Origin: Alphaproteobacteria bacterium
Lineage (GTDB): Bacteria; Pseudomonadota; Alphaproteobacteria; Rs-D84
Direction: 5' to 3'
DNA length: 64,000 nt
Assembly: GCA_017471445.1 (NCBI GenBank)
Contig: JAFUTJ010000008.1
Location: 112,382-176,381, forward strand
The position numbers and the translations under genes were made by a program. Below, in pieces: positions 9,611 through 19,461 of the stretch (the first letter of the stretch is position 1; every line of letters begins with the position of its first letter). A model generated the notes under the pieces. The model saw only the letters and a program-made list of their open reading frames with translations. It had not been told where the DNA came from and did not search any database.

Positions 9611-10384
9611 ATGATGGCAAAATATATTGTTTCGTTGGCGATAATTGGCACGACATTGTGTGGTACCGCCAACGCGAAGTACAGTGACCGCACGTTTCGC
9701 AACGAAGTGCGCGACGGCTTGGACATAATTGGTGCACAACGCACCGCACATGAAACCCCAGATGTGGCACCGGGCGAACTGGGGCGTGAAGTTTATGAAT
9801 TTGCCGACGCGGTTAAATCTGATGACATAAAAATGTTTATACCGACAACAATGTATGTGCGATTGGGTGGTGGAATTGGCTTACCATTTATGTCGGAACA
9901 TGCACGTTACAACGGCCACAGTCATGAAATTGACAATGCGTATTCTGCGCAAATTGGGTTGGGGTTGAATCTGTCATCATATGTGCGCACAGAATTTGAT
10001 TTCCAAATGTCTGAATTAAAATTTCGCCATATACCGGACGTCAGTGCAACATATCATACCGGTGGCGCAATGTTGTACTTTGACTTTGCACGTCGATATG
10101 TTATAAATGGCGATGTCACACGGCGGCGTACATTTGTTCCATTTATGGGTGTTGGGGCCGCAATTGGTGAATATCGCTTTTCTGGGGCAGATGGGGCCGA
10201 CGGCATGGTTATTGCCGCACCACGTGTTGCGGCCGGATTTAATGTAATGCTGACCGACTTGATTGGGATTGACATAATGTATCAGTATCAGATGATGTCG
10301 GGCAATGGATTTGGTTGGAACGTCGCACGCGGCGGCACCGATGATATCAGCAATATAATGGCATCTGTGCGTTTTAATTTCTGA
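9611..10384 (+). CDS. outer-membrane beta-barrel protein (OMP_b-brl family)
   Basis: Signal peptide ending TANA, alternating beta-strand pattern, C-terminal ...VRFNF. Confidence 0.65.
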   Translation: MMAKYIVSLAIIGTTLCGTANAKYSDRTFRNEVRDGLDIIGAQRTAHETPDVAPGELGREVYEFADAVKSDDIKMFIPTTMYVRLGGGIGLPFMSEHARYNGHSHEIDNAYSAQIGLGLNLSSYVRTEFDFQMSELKFRHIPDVSATYHTGGAMLYFDFARRYVINGDVTRRRTFVPFMGVGAAIGEYRFSGADGADGMVIAAPRVAAGFNVMLTDLIGIDIMYQYQMMSGNGFGWNVARGGTDDISNIMASVRFNF

Positions 10385-10407
10385 AATATAACAATGGGGT
10401 GATACCG

Positions 10408-11049
10408 ATGAATATAAAATACTTAATTGCAATGATTACGTTTATGCCATGTGTTGCGTCGGCGGCAATTCCATACCGCGTACAACAGGTGCGAACCCCG
10501 CATGATACACGCGAAAGTGATACTGCGGCATTTGCAGATGCACATCGGTTCTATGTCGGCGGTATGTATGATTTTTCAATGTGGTTGTCTGATAATGATG
10601 GTACGACACATGCGGGCGGAAAAAACACATCTTCGTTTGATGCGGTCGTTGGGGTGCGTGCGCTTGACACATTCCGACTGGAACTTGACTATACCCACAT
10701 ACGCGCAAAATGGAATACGTTTTCATTGACTGGCAATGCCGCGTTTATAAACGCGATTGTTGATGCCCGCATTGACAGTTTGTATCGTATCTTTTACCGG
10801 CAACACATTGTGCCGTATGTTGGTGTGGGTGCGGGCCTGTCGTGGAATGATGCCGACGGCACCGAAATATCGCACGACATGTCGCCGGCGTTTGCGGCCC
10901 TGGGCGGCGTTGCGGTTGAACTGGGGGAATATTTTGCAATTGATTTTGGATATCGGTATTTATACATGGTATCGCCACGGTTTGATGTTGTATCTGATAT
11001 GAATCCCCGCGCGCATCAGTTTCGCGTTGGCGCACGTGTTAATTTCTGA
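10408..11049 (+). CDS. outer-membrane beta-barrel protein (OMP_b-brl family)
   Basis: Signal peptide ...CVASAA and C-terminal ...GARVNF. ATG at 10408 is preceded by GGGGTGA; the ORF track begins at an upstream GTG (10399). Confidence 0.65.
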   Translation: MNIKYLIAMITFMPCVASAAIPYRVQQVRTPHDTRESDTAAFADAHRFYVGGMYDFSMWLSDNDGTTHAGGKNTSSFDAVVGVRALDTFRLELDYTHIRAKWNTFSLTGNAAFINAIVDARIDSLYRIFYRQHIVPYVGVGAGLSWNDADGTEISHDMSPAFAALGGVAVELGEYFAIDFGYRYLYMVSPRFDVVSDMNPRAHQFRVGARVNF

Positions 11050-11987
11050 TGTGCAAAACATGTCCATTTTTTGGAATATGTGGCGGGTGTAAATATGATT
11101 TTACCGCCCCCGATTACCACGATAAAAAATTGGCCGAATTACGAAATATAAACATAACCGAACCGCCAATTTGGATTGCGCCCGGCACACGCCGACGCGC
11201 CGATTTTTGCTTTGGCGGCGGTCGCTTTGGTTTCTATAAAATGCACAGCAAGGACATAATTCCCATTGACGCATGTCCATTGTTATGCGATGAAATAAAC
11301 GCAATTATTCCGCATCTGCGTGCAATACCCTTTGATGGCGCGGGGTCATGTCTGGTAACGCTGTGCGATAATGGGGTGGACGTGGCAATAACATCAAATG
11401 TCACATACTTTTCCGCAGAAATGCGGGGGGCGGTGAATAATCTGCCGGTGATACGCGTATCATGGAATGGCAACGCCATACAGGCACGCGCAACGCCACG
11501 TGTTTCGTTTGGTACGCATTCCGTTGAATACCCAATTGGCGCATTTTTACAGCCGACAATCCCCGGTGCCGACGCTTTGCGTGACATGGTTGTTCGTGCA
11601 TCGCATGGCGCACAACATATCGCAGATTTATTTTGCGGATTGGGAAATTTTACATTCGCAACAAATGCCGATGGATTTGATATTGTTGGACCACATATTA
11701 GGCGCGATTTGTTCCGCCAACCGGTTACGCGCAAGATGTTAAATCAATATGATTGTGTAATAATGGACCCGCCACGTGCCGGTGCCGATGCCCAATGTCG
11801 TGAATTGGCGCATGCAAATGTACCACGGGTTATATACGTTTCATGCAACCCACAAACATTTATTCGCGACACAGAAATATTAACCCGCGCCGGATACCGA
11901 ACACAATCAATCACCCCGGTTGACCAATTCGTGGGTAGCCGCCATTGGGAAATATGTGCCGTATTTGGATTGCACATTGACGATTGA
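11049..11987 (+). CDS. RNA (uracil-5)-methyltransferase, TrmA/RlmD family (no TRAM domain)
   Basis: N-terminal Cys cluster CKTCPFFGICGGCKYD, then DPPRAGA and YVSCNPQTFIRD. The start overlaps the upstream stop (TGATG). Confidence 0.75.
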   Translation: MCKTCPFFGICGGCKYDFTAPDYHDKKLAELRNINITEPPIWIAPGTRRRADFCFGGGRFGFYKMHSKDIIPIDACPLLCDEINAIIPHLRAIPFDGAGSCLVTLCDNGVDVAITSNVTYFSAEMRGAVNNLPVIRVSWNGNAIQARATPRVSFGTHSVEYPIGAFLQPTIPGADALRDMVVRASHGAQHIADLFCGLGNFTFATNADGFDIVGPHIRRDLFRQPVTRKMLNQYDCVIMDPPRAGADAQCRELAHANVPRVIYVSCNPQTFIRDTEILTRAGYRTQSITPVDQFVGSRHWEICAVFGLHIDD

Positions 11988-12029
11988 CGGTGTTTGATAC
12001 CGTTAATTATCAAACCAGTCAAATCAAAA

Positions 12030-12052
12030 ACGGCCATTCGGCCGTCTTTTTT
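12030..12052. terminator. bidirectional rho-independent terminator
   Basis: ACGGCC-ATTC-GGCCGT flanked by an A-run upstream and a T-run downstream, between convergent genes. Confidence 0.7.
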
Positions 12053-12746
12053 ATCTATTCTTGTTCATAAAATCATCACGCATTTTATTTACAGTTATAT
12101 TTTTTACAATTTCATATGCCGGTGGAACAGTATTATTATTGCGCTTAATTTCCAGAACATCGCCACGCTGAACAAAGTCGGCAATACTTTCACCATTGGT
12201 ATATTTTTTATGCAACGTCATTTCACCAAAGATTTTACCATACACATGCATAATGGTGGAATATTCTTCTTGGATAACACCTGTAACAATCATTTTATCA
12301 CATTCCAATTGTTGGTGTAACTTTTGCTGAATACCGACAATTTGTCCGTTGTTGTTGGTTTCAACAATAATATCATCATTTACCTTTAATTCTGGCAAAA
12401 ACGGTTGCCGTTCACGATATACATACATGTCACCATTTGTGTTAATCAATGTAATATCGCGATAATATTGGTTTATGGTGCGCATTGCTTTTATATGCAT
12501 CTCACACGGTTCATTTTTACCAATCGCATTTTTCAGAAAAACCCATTTATCATTTTGCTTTGTAACGTCTATCATATCGCCAACATTGTATGGAAAATCT
12601 TGACCATCAACGGTCATATATACCACACGGCCATGTTTATTTGTTAATCGAATGCGGCGTTCATTTTGGGTGATATTTTCGATTTTCATGATTCGCATTC
12701 TGTATACCGATTCTTGAACATCGGATGATTTTGTATTTTGGAACAT
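12051..12746 (-). CDS. hypothetical protein with three internal ~65-aa repeats
   Basis: Start moved to MFQNTKS (ATG at 12746, RBS AGGAG). The longer ORF-track N-terminus would cover the dnaK promoter. The repeats share an x-I-x-L-x-N-x-x-G...GD-x-I/L-x-V/I pattern. Confidence 0.5.
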   Translation of the reverse strand: MFQNTKSSDVQESVYRMRIMKIENITQNERRIRLTNKHGRVVYMTVDGQDFPYNVGDMIDVTKQNDKWVFLKNAIGKNEPCEMHIKAMRTINQYYRDITLINTNGDMYVYRERQPFLPELKVNDDIIVETNNNGQIVGIQQKLHQQLECDKMIVTGVIQEEYSTIMHVYGKIFGEMTLHKKYTNGESIADFVQRGDVLEIKRNNNTVPPAYEIVKNITVNKMRDDFMNKNR

Positions 12747-12834
12747 GTTATAATTACTCCTGTAACTGATATGTTGTTTATATCCTACACAATAGCATAC
12801 AATTATACGTTTGCAAATATTTTGTATCCACCCC

Positions 12835-12863
12835 TTGACACATGGAAATAACATAACTATATG
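12835..12863 (+). promoter_or_regulatory. dnaK promoter
   Basis: TTGACA (12835-12840), 17 nt spacer, TATATG (12858-12863). RBS AAGGAG precedes the ATG at 12907. Confidence 0.5.
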
Positions 12864-12906
12864 TACTGCAACCGAAATTTTATAAATATGCTAAGGAGTT
12901 AAAAAT

Positions 12907-14802
12907 ATGGGAAAAGTAATTGGTATCGACCTGGGGACAACAAATTCCGCCATGGCGTTCATGGACGGTGGCGACCCAAAAATCATTGAAAATTCCGAAG
13001 GGGCCCGCACAACCCCATCTGTGGTTGCGATAACCGCAAACGGCGAACAATTGGTCGGCATCACCGCCAAGAACCAGGCGGTCACCAACCCGGCAAACAC
13101 AATATATGAAATTAAACGTTTAATGGGCCTGCGCTATGACAGTGACGCGGTACGCGAAATCGCGGCACGTGTGCCATATAAAATTGTCGCGGGCGACAAT
13201 GGCGACGCATGGGTTGAAATTGACGGTAAAAAATATGCCCCATCACAAATTTCGGCCATGACATTGGCAAAACTGAAAAAAGATGCCGAAAGTTACCTGG
13301 GTGAACCGGTAACGGATGCGGTTATTACTGTGCCGGCATACTTTAATGATTCCCAGCGCCAGGCGACCAAAGACGCGGGCCGTATTGCGGGTCTGAACGT
13401 ACTGCGCATTGTAAACGAACCAACCGCCGCCGCATTGGCGTATGGTCTGGACAAAAACAAGGACGGCGTTATCGCGGTTTACGACCTGGGTGGTGGCACA
13501 TTTGACGTATCCATCTTGGAAATTGTTGATGGCGTGTTCGAGGTTAAATCAACCAACGGTGATACTGCACTGGGTGGTTCAGACTTTGACGCACGCGTGT
13601 TGCAACACTTGGTGGCGGAATTCCGTGCGCAATCCGGCATTGATTTATCGGGCGATAAATTGGCGCTGCAACGCATGAAGGAAGCCGCCGAAAAGGCAAA
13701 AATCGAATTGTCGTCGCGCACATCGGCAGAAATCAACCTGCCGTACCTGACGGCGGACGCAACAGGGCCAAAGCACTTTAACACAACACTGACACGTGCA
13801 AAATTGGAATCATTGGTTGCGGATTTAATTGAACGCACAATTGAACCGTGCCGCAAGGCGTTAAAGGACGCGGGACTGACCCAATCACAAATTAACGAAG
13901 TTATTTTGGTTGGTGGCCAAACCCGCATGCCCAAGGTTGTTGAAACTGTACGCGAATTCTTTGGTCGCGCCCCGCACCAGGGTGTAAACCCGGACGAAGT
14001 TGTCGGCATGGGTGCCGCGATTCAGGGCGGCGTTCTGAAAGGCGATGTCAAAGACGTATTATTGTTGGACGTAACACCATTGTCATTGGGTATTGAAACA
14101 CTGGGCGGTGTGTTTACGCGCCTGATTGACCGTAACACAACAATCCCGACCAAGAAATCCCAAGTGTTCAGCACCGCCGAAGACAACCAATCGGCCGTTA
14201 CAATTCGCGTATTTCAAGGCGAACGTGACATGGCCGCCGATAATAAATTATTGGGCCAGTTTAATTTAGAGGGCATTGCCCCTGCCCCGCGTGGAATGCC
14301 ACAAATCGAAGTATCTTTTGATATCGACGCAAACGGCATTGTTCACGTATCGGCCAAAGATAAAGGCACCGGCAAAGAACAGGCGATTTCGATTAAATCC
14401 GACGGTGGGTTAAGCGAAGATGAAATCAAACGCATGGTTGATGAAGCCGCCGCCAACGCCGACGCAGACAAAAAGAAACGCGAACTGGCCGAGGCCCGTA
14501 ATACCGCCGAAACCGCTGTATTCAGCATTGAAAAATCGCTAAAAGAACATGGCGACAAGATTTCTGCGGATGAACGCAATGCAATCGAAGATGCAAAAAA
14601 AGCGGTCAGCGACGAATTGGCAAAATCGGACGCGACGGCGCAAAGCCTGAAAGAAAAGACCGATGCATTAACGGAAAAAGCCATGAAATTAGGCGAAGCC
14701 GTCTACAAGGCCGCCCAAGCGGAAGCGGCCGCACAGCAAAATGGTGCGGACCAAAAACCGGATAATAATGGCGCAACCGATGCAGACTTTTCAGAAAAAT
14801 AA
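12907..14802 (+). CDS. dnaK: molecular chaperone DnaK (Hsp70)
   Basis: [17 protein letters not shown] and [11 protein letters not shown], with full-length Hsp70 collinearity. No grpE or dnaJ is adjacent. Confidence 0.97.
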   Translation: MGKVIGIDLGTTNSAMAFMDGGDPKIIENSEGARTTPSVVAITANGEQLVGITAKNQAVTNPANTIYEIKRLMGLRYDSDAVREIAARVPYKIVAGDNGDAWVEIDGKKYAPSQISAMTLAKLKKDAESYLGEPVTDAVITVPAYFNDSQRQATKDAGRIAGLNVLRIVNEPTAAALAYGLDKNKDGVIAVYDLGGGTFDVSILEIVDGVFEVKSTNGDTALGGSDFDARVLQHLVAEFRAQSGIDLSGDKLALQRMKEAAEKAKIELSSRTSAEINLPYLTADATGPKHFNTTLTRAKLESLVADLIERTIEPCRKALKDAGLTQSQINEVILVGGQTRMPKVVETVREFFGRAPHQGVNPDEVVGMGAAIQGGVLKGDVKDVLLLDVTPLSLGIETLGGVFTRLIDRNTTIPTKKSQVFSTAEDNQSAVTIRVFQGERDMAADNKLLGQFNLEGIAPAPRGMPQIEVSFDIDANGIVHVSAKDKGTGKEQAISIKSDGGLSEDEIKRMVDEAAANADADKKKRELAEARNTAETAVFSIEKSLKEHGDKISADERNAIEDAKKAVSDELAKSDATAQSLKEKTDALTEKAMKLGEAVYKAAQAEAAAQQNGADQKPDNNGATDADFSEK

Positions 14803-14805
14803 AAA

Positions 14806-14826
14806 TTGCCCCGTTTGGGGCGATTT
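14806..14826. terminator. terminator after dnaK
   Basis: GCCCC-GTTT-GGGGC followed by a T-run, directly after the dnaK stop. Confidence 0.65.
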
Positions 14827-15267
14827 TTATTTTTCGTTTCCGGGTTTTACACGTACCGCAAACCGCGATGGCGACATAAACGCGAATGTAAAGTCCTTTA
14901 ATACACTGCTGGATGCGGTGTAATTAAATTTCTTAATCGCTTCCAACAATGCTTTCTTGACATCGTCATTATATCCGTATTGTTCATGTTTATAATATGT
15001 ATCCATCGCGGCCAGTACATCTCTTACCGCAATATATACAGAATTATTCTGCCCACGCAACAATCCATTTACCTTTAATTCTTGATATTTCTTATAGACA
15101 TCGCAATATTCACGCGGATTTTTACGTGCCAATTCAAACGATTTAATGGATTCACGAATTTTCGCCAATTCTTGTGTATCTTTGGCGCGCGACACGCGAC
15201 TGTTCAGGTATTGAACAACCCCATCAAAGAATTTATCAATTGTTTTATCGTAATCAATCATTGCCAT
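14827..15267 (-). CDS. hypothetical protein
   Basis: 146-aa ORF, last gene of the virB11-like transcription unit. No recognisable motif. Confidence 0.4.
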   Translation of the reverse strand: MAMIDYDKTIDKFFDGVVQYLNSRVSRAKDTQELAKIRESIKSFELARKNPREYCDVYKKYQELKVNGLLRGQNNSVYIAVRDVLAAMDTYYKHEQYGYNDDVKKALLEAIKKFNYTASSSVLKDFTFAFMSPSRFAVRVKPGNEK

Positions 15268-15274
15268 TCCATGT

Positions 15275-15637
15275 TTAACGTGTGTTATTTTTATTTATCG
15301 GCATGCTTTTCTTACGCCCCAGACCAATTTTTGCAATTGCCCGACGGAATACGTCGCCCAATCCAACAACCGGACCAGATGTGTATTCTTTGCTTGCCCC
15401 TAATTCGCGCAACTCATATTCTCGCAGTTTTTCCGCGTCAATCACCGCACCATTTTCATCAACGATACCTGCATTAATCAAATCGGTACGATTACGATAT
15501 TTCTTACGCGCCTCTACTTCCTTTATATACATACTGTATCTGTATCTTTCTGATTCAACAACAACGCCGTTTTCGGTAATCAGACCCAACTCTATCATTT
15601 CGGCGTCACTGCCATCGTATTTTATATCTTTTGCCAT
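15275..15637 (-). CDS. hypothetical protein
   Basis: 120-aa ORF immediately downstream of the VirB11-like ATPase. No recognisable motif. Confidence 0.4.
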   Translation of the reverse strand: MAKDIKYDGSDAEMIELGLITENGVVVESERYRYSMYIKEVEARKKYRNRTDLINAGIVDENGAVIDAEKLREYELRELGASKEYTSGPVVGLGDVFRRAIAKIGLGRKKSMPINKNNTR

Positions 15638-15680
15638 ATTTAACTCCTTTTTTATTTGTCATCTCTTGTTGGCTGGGTAT

Positions 15681-16640
15681 TTATACAACCTCGGTCACGG
15701 CGCGCAATGCCCCATCCCGCGACAATTGTACAACACGAATCTTTTGTTTCATTTCCGCAATTAATTCAGCGCGGTCATACGCCGGTTGGGTATGTAATAT
15801 GCGGTCTGCGAACGCGGCATAGGCGGCATCGGCACTTTCGGCATGAATTGTTGTATAGAAATGGTCGTGTCCCGTCCCCAGCATTTCCCACAACACCGAT
15901 GCATTATCGGTGGAAATTTCCCCGCCAATAATTACATCTGGGGTCATGCGCACGACCAAATCCAACAATCGTGCATAATTAAAGTCGTTTGTTTGTTCGG
16001 TACGCGACAAAACAAAGTGCACCCGGTTTTTCTGGGGCACACGAATTTCACGCGCGTCTTCCACCGTGATAACGCGACTGTTTTTATCAATCAACGTTAA
16101 CATATGGTTCAAGAATGTCGTTTTTCCGGTTGCGGTTGCACCACTTATCAAAATCGGACTGCCGTCATTTATGGCAGACATTAATCGGTCATACGGGTCA
16201 TCTGGGCGCGTTTTGTCACGTGGCTTTACCCGCATTAACTGTTCCCCCTGTTTCAGGTGGTAATTTTCGAAACTGGTTTCAACCGCGCCACCACCACGAA
16301 TATTCATTGCAACGCCACCCGTTACATCGTTTTCATCATATTGCACATTGGGCCCGGCAATTGCCGAAAAACGGTGATTGCCCGGCAATGTTGCATAAAC
16401 CACCGGCACACCATGAACCGGGTCAAACGGACGTTCATAAATATTTGCAACCGTATGTATCAGGTCAACCAAGTACTGCTTGCTTAACACCGCGGCATCG
16501 TACGCGACCCATGGAACACGTGCCCCATGCAGTCGCATCCATACCTGGCCTGCGTGATTAATTGCAATTTCTTCGACAAATGACGGTGTATAAAAATCCG
16601 CCAATGGACGCAATAAAGATTCCAAGACTACATTTGGCAT
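15681..16640 (-). CDS. VirB11/TrbB-family secretion ATPase
   Basis: Walker A SGATATGKTT, then RVITVEDAREI, MTPDVIIGGEI and GTGHDHFYTTIHA, collinear with VirB11-type hexameric ATPases. Confidence 0.75.
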   Translation of the reverse strand: MPNVVLESLLRPLADFYTPSFVEEIAINHAGQVWMRLHGARVPWVAYDAAVLSKQYLVDLIHTVANIYERPFDPVHGVPVVYATLPGNHRFSAIAGPNVQYDENDVTGGVAMNIRGGGAVETSFENYHLKQGEQLMRVKPRDKTRPDDPYDRLMSAINDGSPILISGATATGKTTFLNHMLTLIDKNSRVITVEDAREIRVPQKNRVHFVLSRTEQTNDFNYARLLDLVVRMTPDVIIGGEISTDNASVLWEMLGTGHDHFYTTIHAESADAAYAAFADRILHTQPAYDRAELIAEMKQKIRVVQLSRDGALRAVTEVV

Positions 16641-16719
16641 TACGCCATTAATTTTATCATAAATCGCCCCTTGAACAAAGGGGATTTATTTGTTAAGATT
16701 ATTAAAAAGAGAGAAAAAG

Positions 16720-17280
16720 ATGAAACTATCACTGATTTGCGCTTTATCTGGTACATTAATGCTGGCCGCGTGTGCCGGTGGTGACACACCGTATAATGAA
16801 TATGATTTTGCAAACGGTGGACCGGATGCACCACTGTACAACGAACGCACCGCCGAATTTATGCAGGATGACAACCAATATTCATATATTGATTCATACA
16901 AACCAAAAACATCCGCAGAAAAGGAAGAAAACGACAACCGTTGGAACACGGCGCGTATGGAAACCCGCTGGCAAGAATATCGCGGAACAATGGTCCGGGT
17001 TCAGATATTATTGGGCAACACCGACATGCGCGAAATGCGCCTGCGGTTAATGCAAAGTGCCGACGGCATGGACGTTGATGGCGATTCACGTACAATCTTG
17101 GCACGTGTCGCAGATTTTGAGATGAAACGGGTGTGCGGTCGCAACGCAGACAGCATTGTTGTTGTCTATGACCGCCCGTCATTTGACGTTATGCGCCCAA
17201 CACCATATTTCGACTATCGCATCGAAGCCGAAGGCGTAACCATGCGCGAATACGGGTTCCGGTGCGTATACAACGACTAA
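16720..17280 (+). CDS. lipoprotein, unknown function
   Basis: MKLSLICALSGTLMLAAC lipobox. Start moved to the ATG at 16720. Confidence 0.5.
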   Translation: MKLSLICALSGTLMLAACAGGDTPYNEYDFANGGPDAPLYNERTAEFMQDDNQYSYIDSYKPKTSAEKEENDNRWNTARMETRWQEYRGTMVRVQILLGNTDMREMRLRLMQSADGMDVDGDSRTILARVADFEMKRVCGRNADSIVVVYDRPSFDVMRPTPYFDYRIEAEGVTMREYGFRCVYND

Positions 17281-17317
17281 CCAAACTTAATTAACAACAA
17301 ACGAAAGGAACGAACAA

Positions 17318-17647
17318 ATGAAAAAATTCATGTCTGTTTTGGGTGTATGTGGCGCGTTTACGTTGGCGGCATGCGACAGTAACGCCGGCGCACAACGTGG
17401 TGACACGGTTATTATTAACTTTGCCGGTTTTTTAGGCGAAGAACAATTTGAGGGCGGCACCGCCGAAAATTTCCCCTTGAAATTAGGCAGCGGTCAATTC
17501 GTACCAGGTTTTGAGGACCAATTAATTGGTGCCGAAAAAGGCGAAGAACGCGACGTAAACATCACATTCCCAGAAAACTATGTCCCACACCTGGCCGGTA
17601 AAGACGTTGTGTTCAAGGTAACGGTCGTTGACATTGTCAAAGAATAA
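17318..17647 (+). CDS. FKBP-type peptidyl-prolyl isomerase domain lipoprotein (trigger-factor-PPIase-like)
   Basis: Lipobox FTLAAC. GDTVIINFAGFLGEEQFEGGTAENFPLKLGSGQFVPGFEDQLIG...LAGKDVVFKVTV follows the trigger-factor/FKBP PPIase domain pattern. Confidence 0.7.
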   Translation: MKKFMSVLGVCGAFTLAACDSNAGAQRGDTVIINFAGFLGEEQFEGGTAENFPLKLGSGQFVPGFEDQLIGAEKGEERDVNITFPENYVPHLAGKDVVFKVTVVDIVKE

Positions 17648-17723
17648 TTTTTTCTGGCCGGTGATTATTATTGCGGGCATACAAAAAAACTATCGCGATA
17701 ATTCAACCAAATAAACACAAAAC

Positions 17724-17752
17724 AAAAAATCACGCCATGCGTGATTTTTTTT
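17724..17752. terminator. bidirectional terminator
   Basis: ATCACGC-CAT-GCGTGAT flanked by A6 and T8, between convergent genes. Confidence 0.65.
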
Positions 17753-17829
17753 ATATATTGTTTTTTTCTTGTCACCGCCCCACAAAAAAAGCGTACCGAA
17801 CATACCACATTCATCACAACAGATTGTCA

Positions 17830-18105
17830 TCAACCAATCTTGTGCTTTATTTCGCGGATGCGGGCCAATATTTCTTTCATATCCGCATCGGTAACCGACG
17901 GCGTAACGCGGTTATTTATTTCATCGGCCAACACAATACACAATGTGGCCAACAATGAATTTTCCGGCAACGGACCAATTCTGTCCAATATTTCACGGGC
18001 GCGCGCATCAACCATTTTACCCAATTCAATCAGGCGTGGTTCTTGGCCGTCTTCACATCCCATGGGGTAATTTTTATTAACAATTGGTATTGAAACAACA
18101 CTCAT
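17830..18105 (-). CDS. zapA: cell division protein ZapA-like
   Basis: About 90 aa. The V-x-I-x-V-N-x-x-x-Y...C...E...L...A..VD pattern is typical of ZapA, and it is paired with a coiled-coil partner upstream. Confidence 0.55.
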   Translation of the reverse strand: MSVVSIPIVNKNYPMGCEDGQEPRLIELGKMVDARAREILDRIGPLPENSLLATLCIVLADEINNRVTPSVTDADMKEILARIREIKHKIG

Positions 18106-18112
18106 ATTTTTC

Positions 18113-18322
18113 TTACTTTAATTTTTGTAATATTCCGATTGATTTATCAATCATATCGGCCGCACGTGCATTTTTTTCACGCAGTGACCGCACCTGTTCG
18201 GTCAGGATTGCCACCTCTAAATCTGTTTGCTTTCCGGCATTTACCGCGGTTGCACGCAGTCGCGACACCGCATCATCCAACGCCGCCAGTTCTGTAAATA
18301 TCTGATGCTTTATATCTGTCAT
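18113..18322 (-). CDS. DUF4164-like coiled-coil protein (ZapA-associated)
   Basis: Small coiled-coil ORF directly upstream of zapA, as in alphaproteobacteria. Start moved to MTDIKHQ (ATG at 18322). Confidence 0.45.
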   Translation of the reverse strand: MTDIKHQIFTELAALDDAVSRLRATAVNAGKQTDLEVAILTEQVRSLREKNARAADMIDKSIGILQKLK

Positions 18323-18417
18323 AACAATAGCGATTGTACGATATTTTTTATATGCGTTCAACACCAAAATATGGTATAATACCGACGTTAATTAATTAAA
18401 TGTAGCGGGGTTGTTTT

Positions 18418-19455
18418 ATGAAGCCAAAAATTATTTATATTTCTGGGAATGAAGTTTTTGATATTGCCGATATTCGTGCCGCATTTGACACGGTTCGCGA
18501 CGCATTGGGATTGGCACCAGACACGGTTTTGTTTGGTGTACCGGTTGACAGGGATGCATCTGTTTTATCCACCACGACCGATGCGGCAATCGCACCCGCC
18601 ACGCCAATTATCACATCAGATATTGCAACCGATACTGTGGCAGATGCCGCATCCGTACATACCGCGGCACCAATTATTGATATCGCCACCGCAGAACCCA
18701 CCCCCACGGTTGATTTGCCCGTAAAACGTCCACGCGGGCGGCCACGCGCCAATTCGGCCACAATCAACATTGAACCAATTGTTGAATCACATACCGATAC
18801 GACCGAACCGGCCCCTGTGCCAGATACAATGGATACTGATTCCAATACAATCATGACCGACGAAACGCCAATTGTACCAATTTTATCGGTTTTGGGTAAA
18901 AAAGATGAACCAACCCCAGATACATTTGATTCTGCATCCCCAGAACCAGAGCCAGAACAGAACAATGATTCCAACACAGAATCTGCACCGGATATTGCCG
19001 ACACCGACGTTATTGACACAACTGTTACGGACGATATCGCCGAATCGGTACCAGAAACTGAAATTACCCCGGCAATTGATGACACCGAAAAAACATTGGA
19101 ACAATTACTGGAAAGCATGGCCCCGTTAAGTGAAGATAAAGAAACCGCGATTGTTGAATCACTGGAATCCGATGACGAAATTGTCGACATTACCGCCCAA
19201 TCAGACGATGACGATGTTACACTGGAACATTTGGCATCAGAATTTGTTGCATCGGCCGATAAAATTGCCACACCAGACGAACGTCCACAAACCGGCGGTA
19301 AAATTGGAAAATTAAAAAATATATTACCATTTAAAAAGGCAAAACGTAATGATTCTGGGCTAATGGGCGACCTGTTTGGGTGGGCCGGCATTGCCGCCAA
19401 CGACGAAGAATTTTCAATCCCTGGATTCTTTACGAACGCCGCATCAAAAAAATAA
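18418..19455 (+). CDS. acidic, T/D/P/E-rich low-complexity protein with an AT-hook-like motif
   Basis: Ordered N-terminus (~45 aa), a long acidic disordered region containing KRPRGRPRA, and an ordered basic/hydrophobic C-terminus ...EEFSIPGFFTNAASKK. Confidence 0.55.
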   Translation: MKPKIIYISGNEVFDIADIRAAFDTVRDALGLAPDTVLFGVPVDRDASVLSTTTDAAIAPATPIITSDIATDTVADAASVHTAAPIIDIATAEPTPTVDLPVKRPRGRPRANSATINIEPIVESHTDTTEPAPVPDTMDTDSNTIMTDETPIVPILSVLGKKDEPTPDTFDSASPEPEPEQNNDSNTESAPDIADTDVIDTTVTDDIAESVPETEITPAIDDTEKTLEQLLESMAPLSEDKETAIVESLESDDEIVDITAQSDDDDVTLEHLASEFVASADKIATPDERPQTGGKIGKLKNILPFKKAKRNDSGLMGDLFGWAGIAANDEEFSIPGFFTNAASKK

Positions 19456-19461
19456 TATGCA

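Noticed and set aside
12747-12854. N-terminal 36-codon extension of the 12051-12854 ORF
   Set aside because: The extension would run through the dnaK promoter (TTGACA at 12835-12840). The internal ATG at 12746 has a proper AGGAG RBS.
12907-14802. dnaK lacking adjacent grpE and dnaJ as an anomaly
   Set aside because: Dispersed hsp70 operon genes are common in reduced or rearranged genomes. dnaK here has its own promoter and terminator and looks intact. This was noted in the feature only.
17650-17830. Possible 6S RNA (ssrS) downstream of zapA, by analogy with E. coli zapA-ssrS synteny
   Set aside because: The 180-nt spacer is largely A/T runs plus one bidirectional terminator hairpin. I could not draw a long closing stem with a central bubble. 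There is no support beyond synteny in a distant organism.
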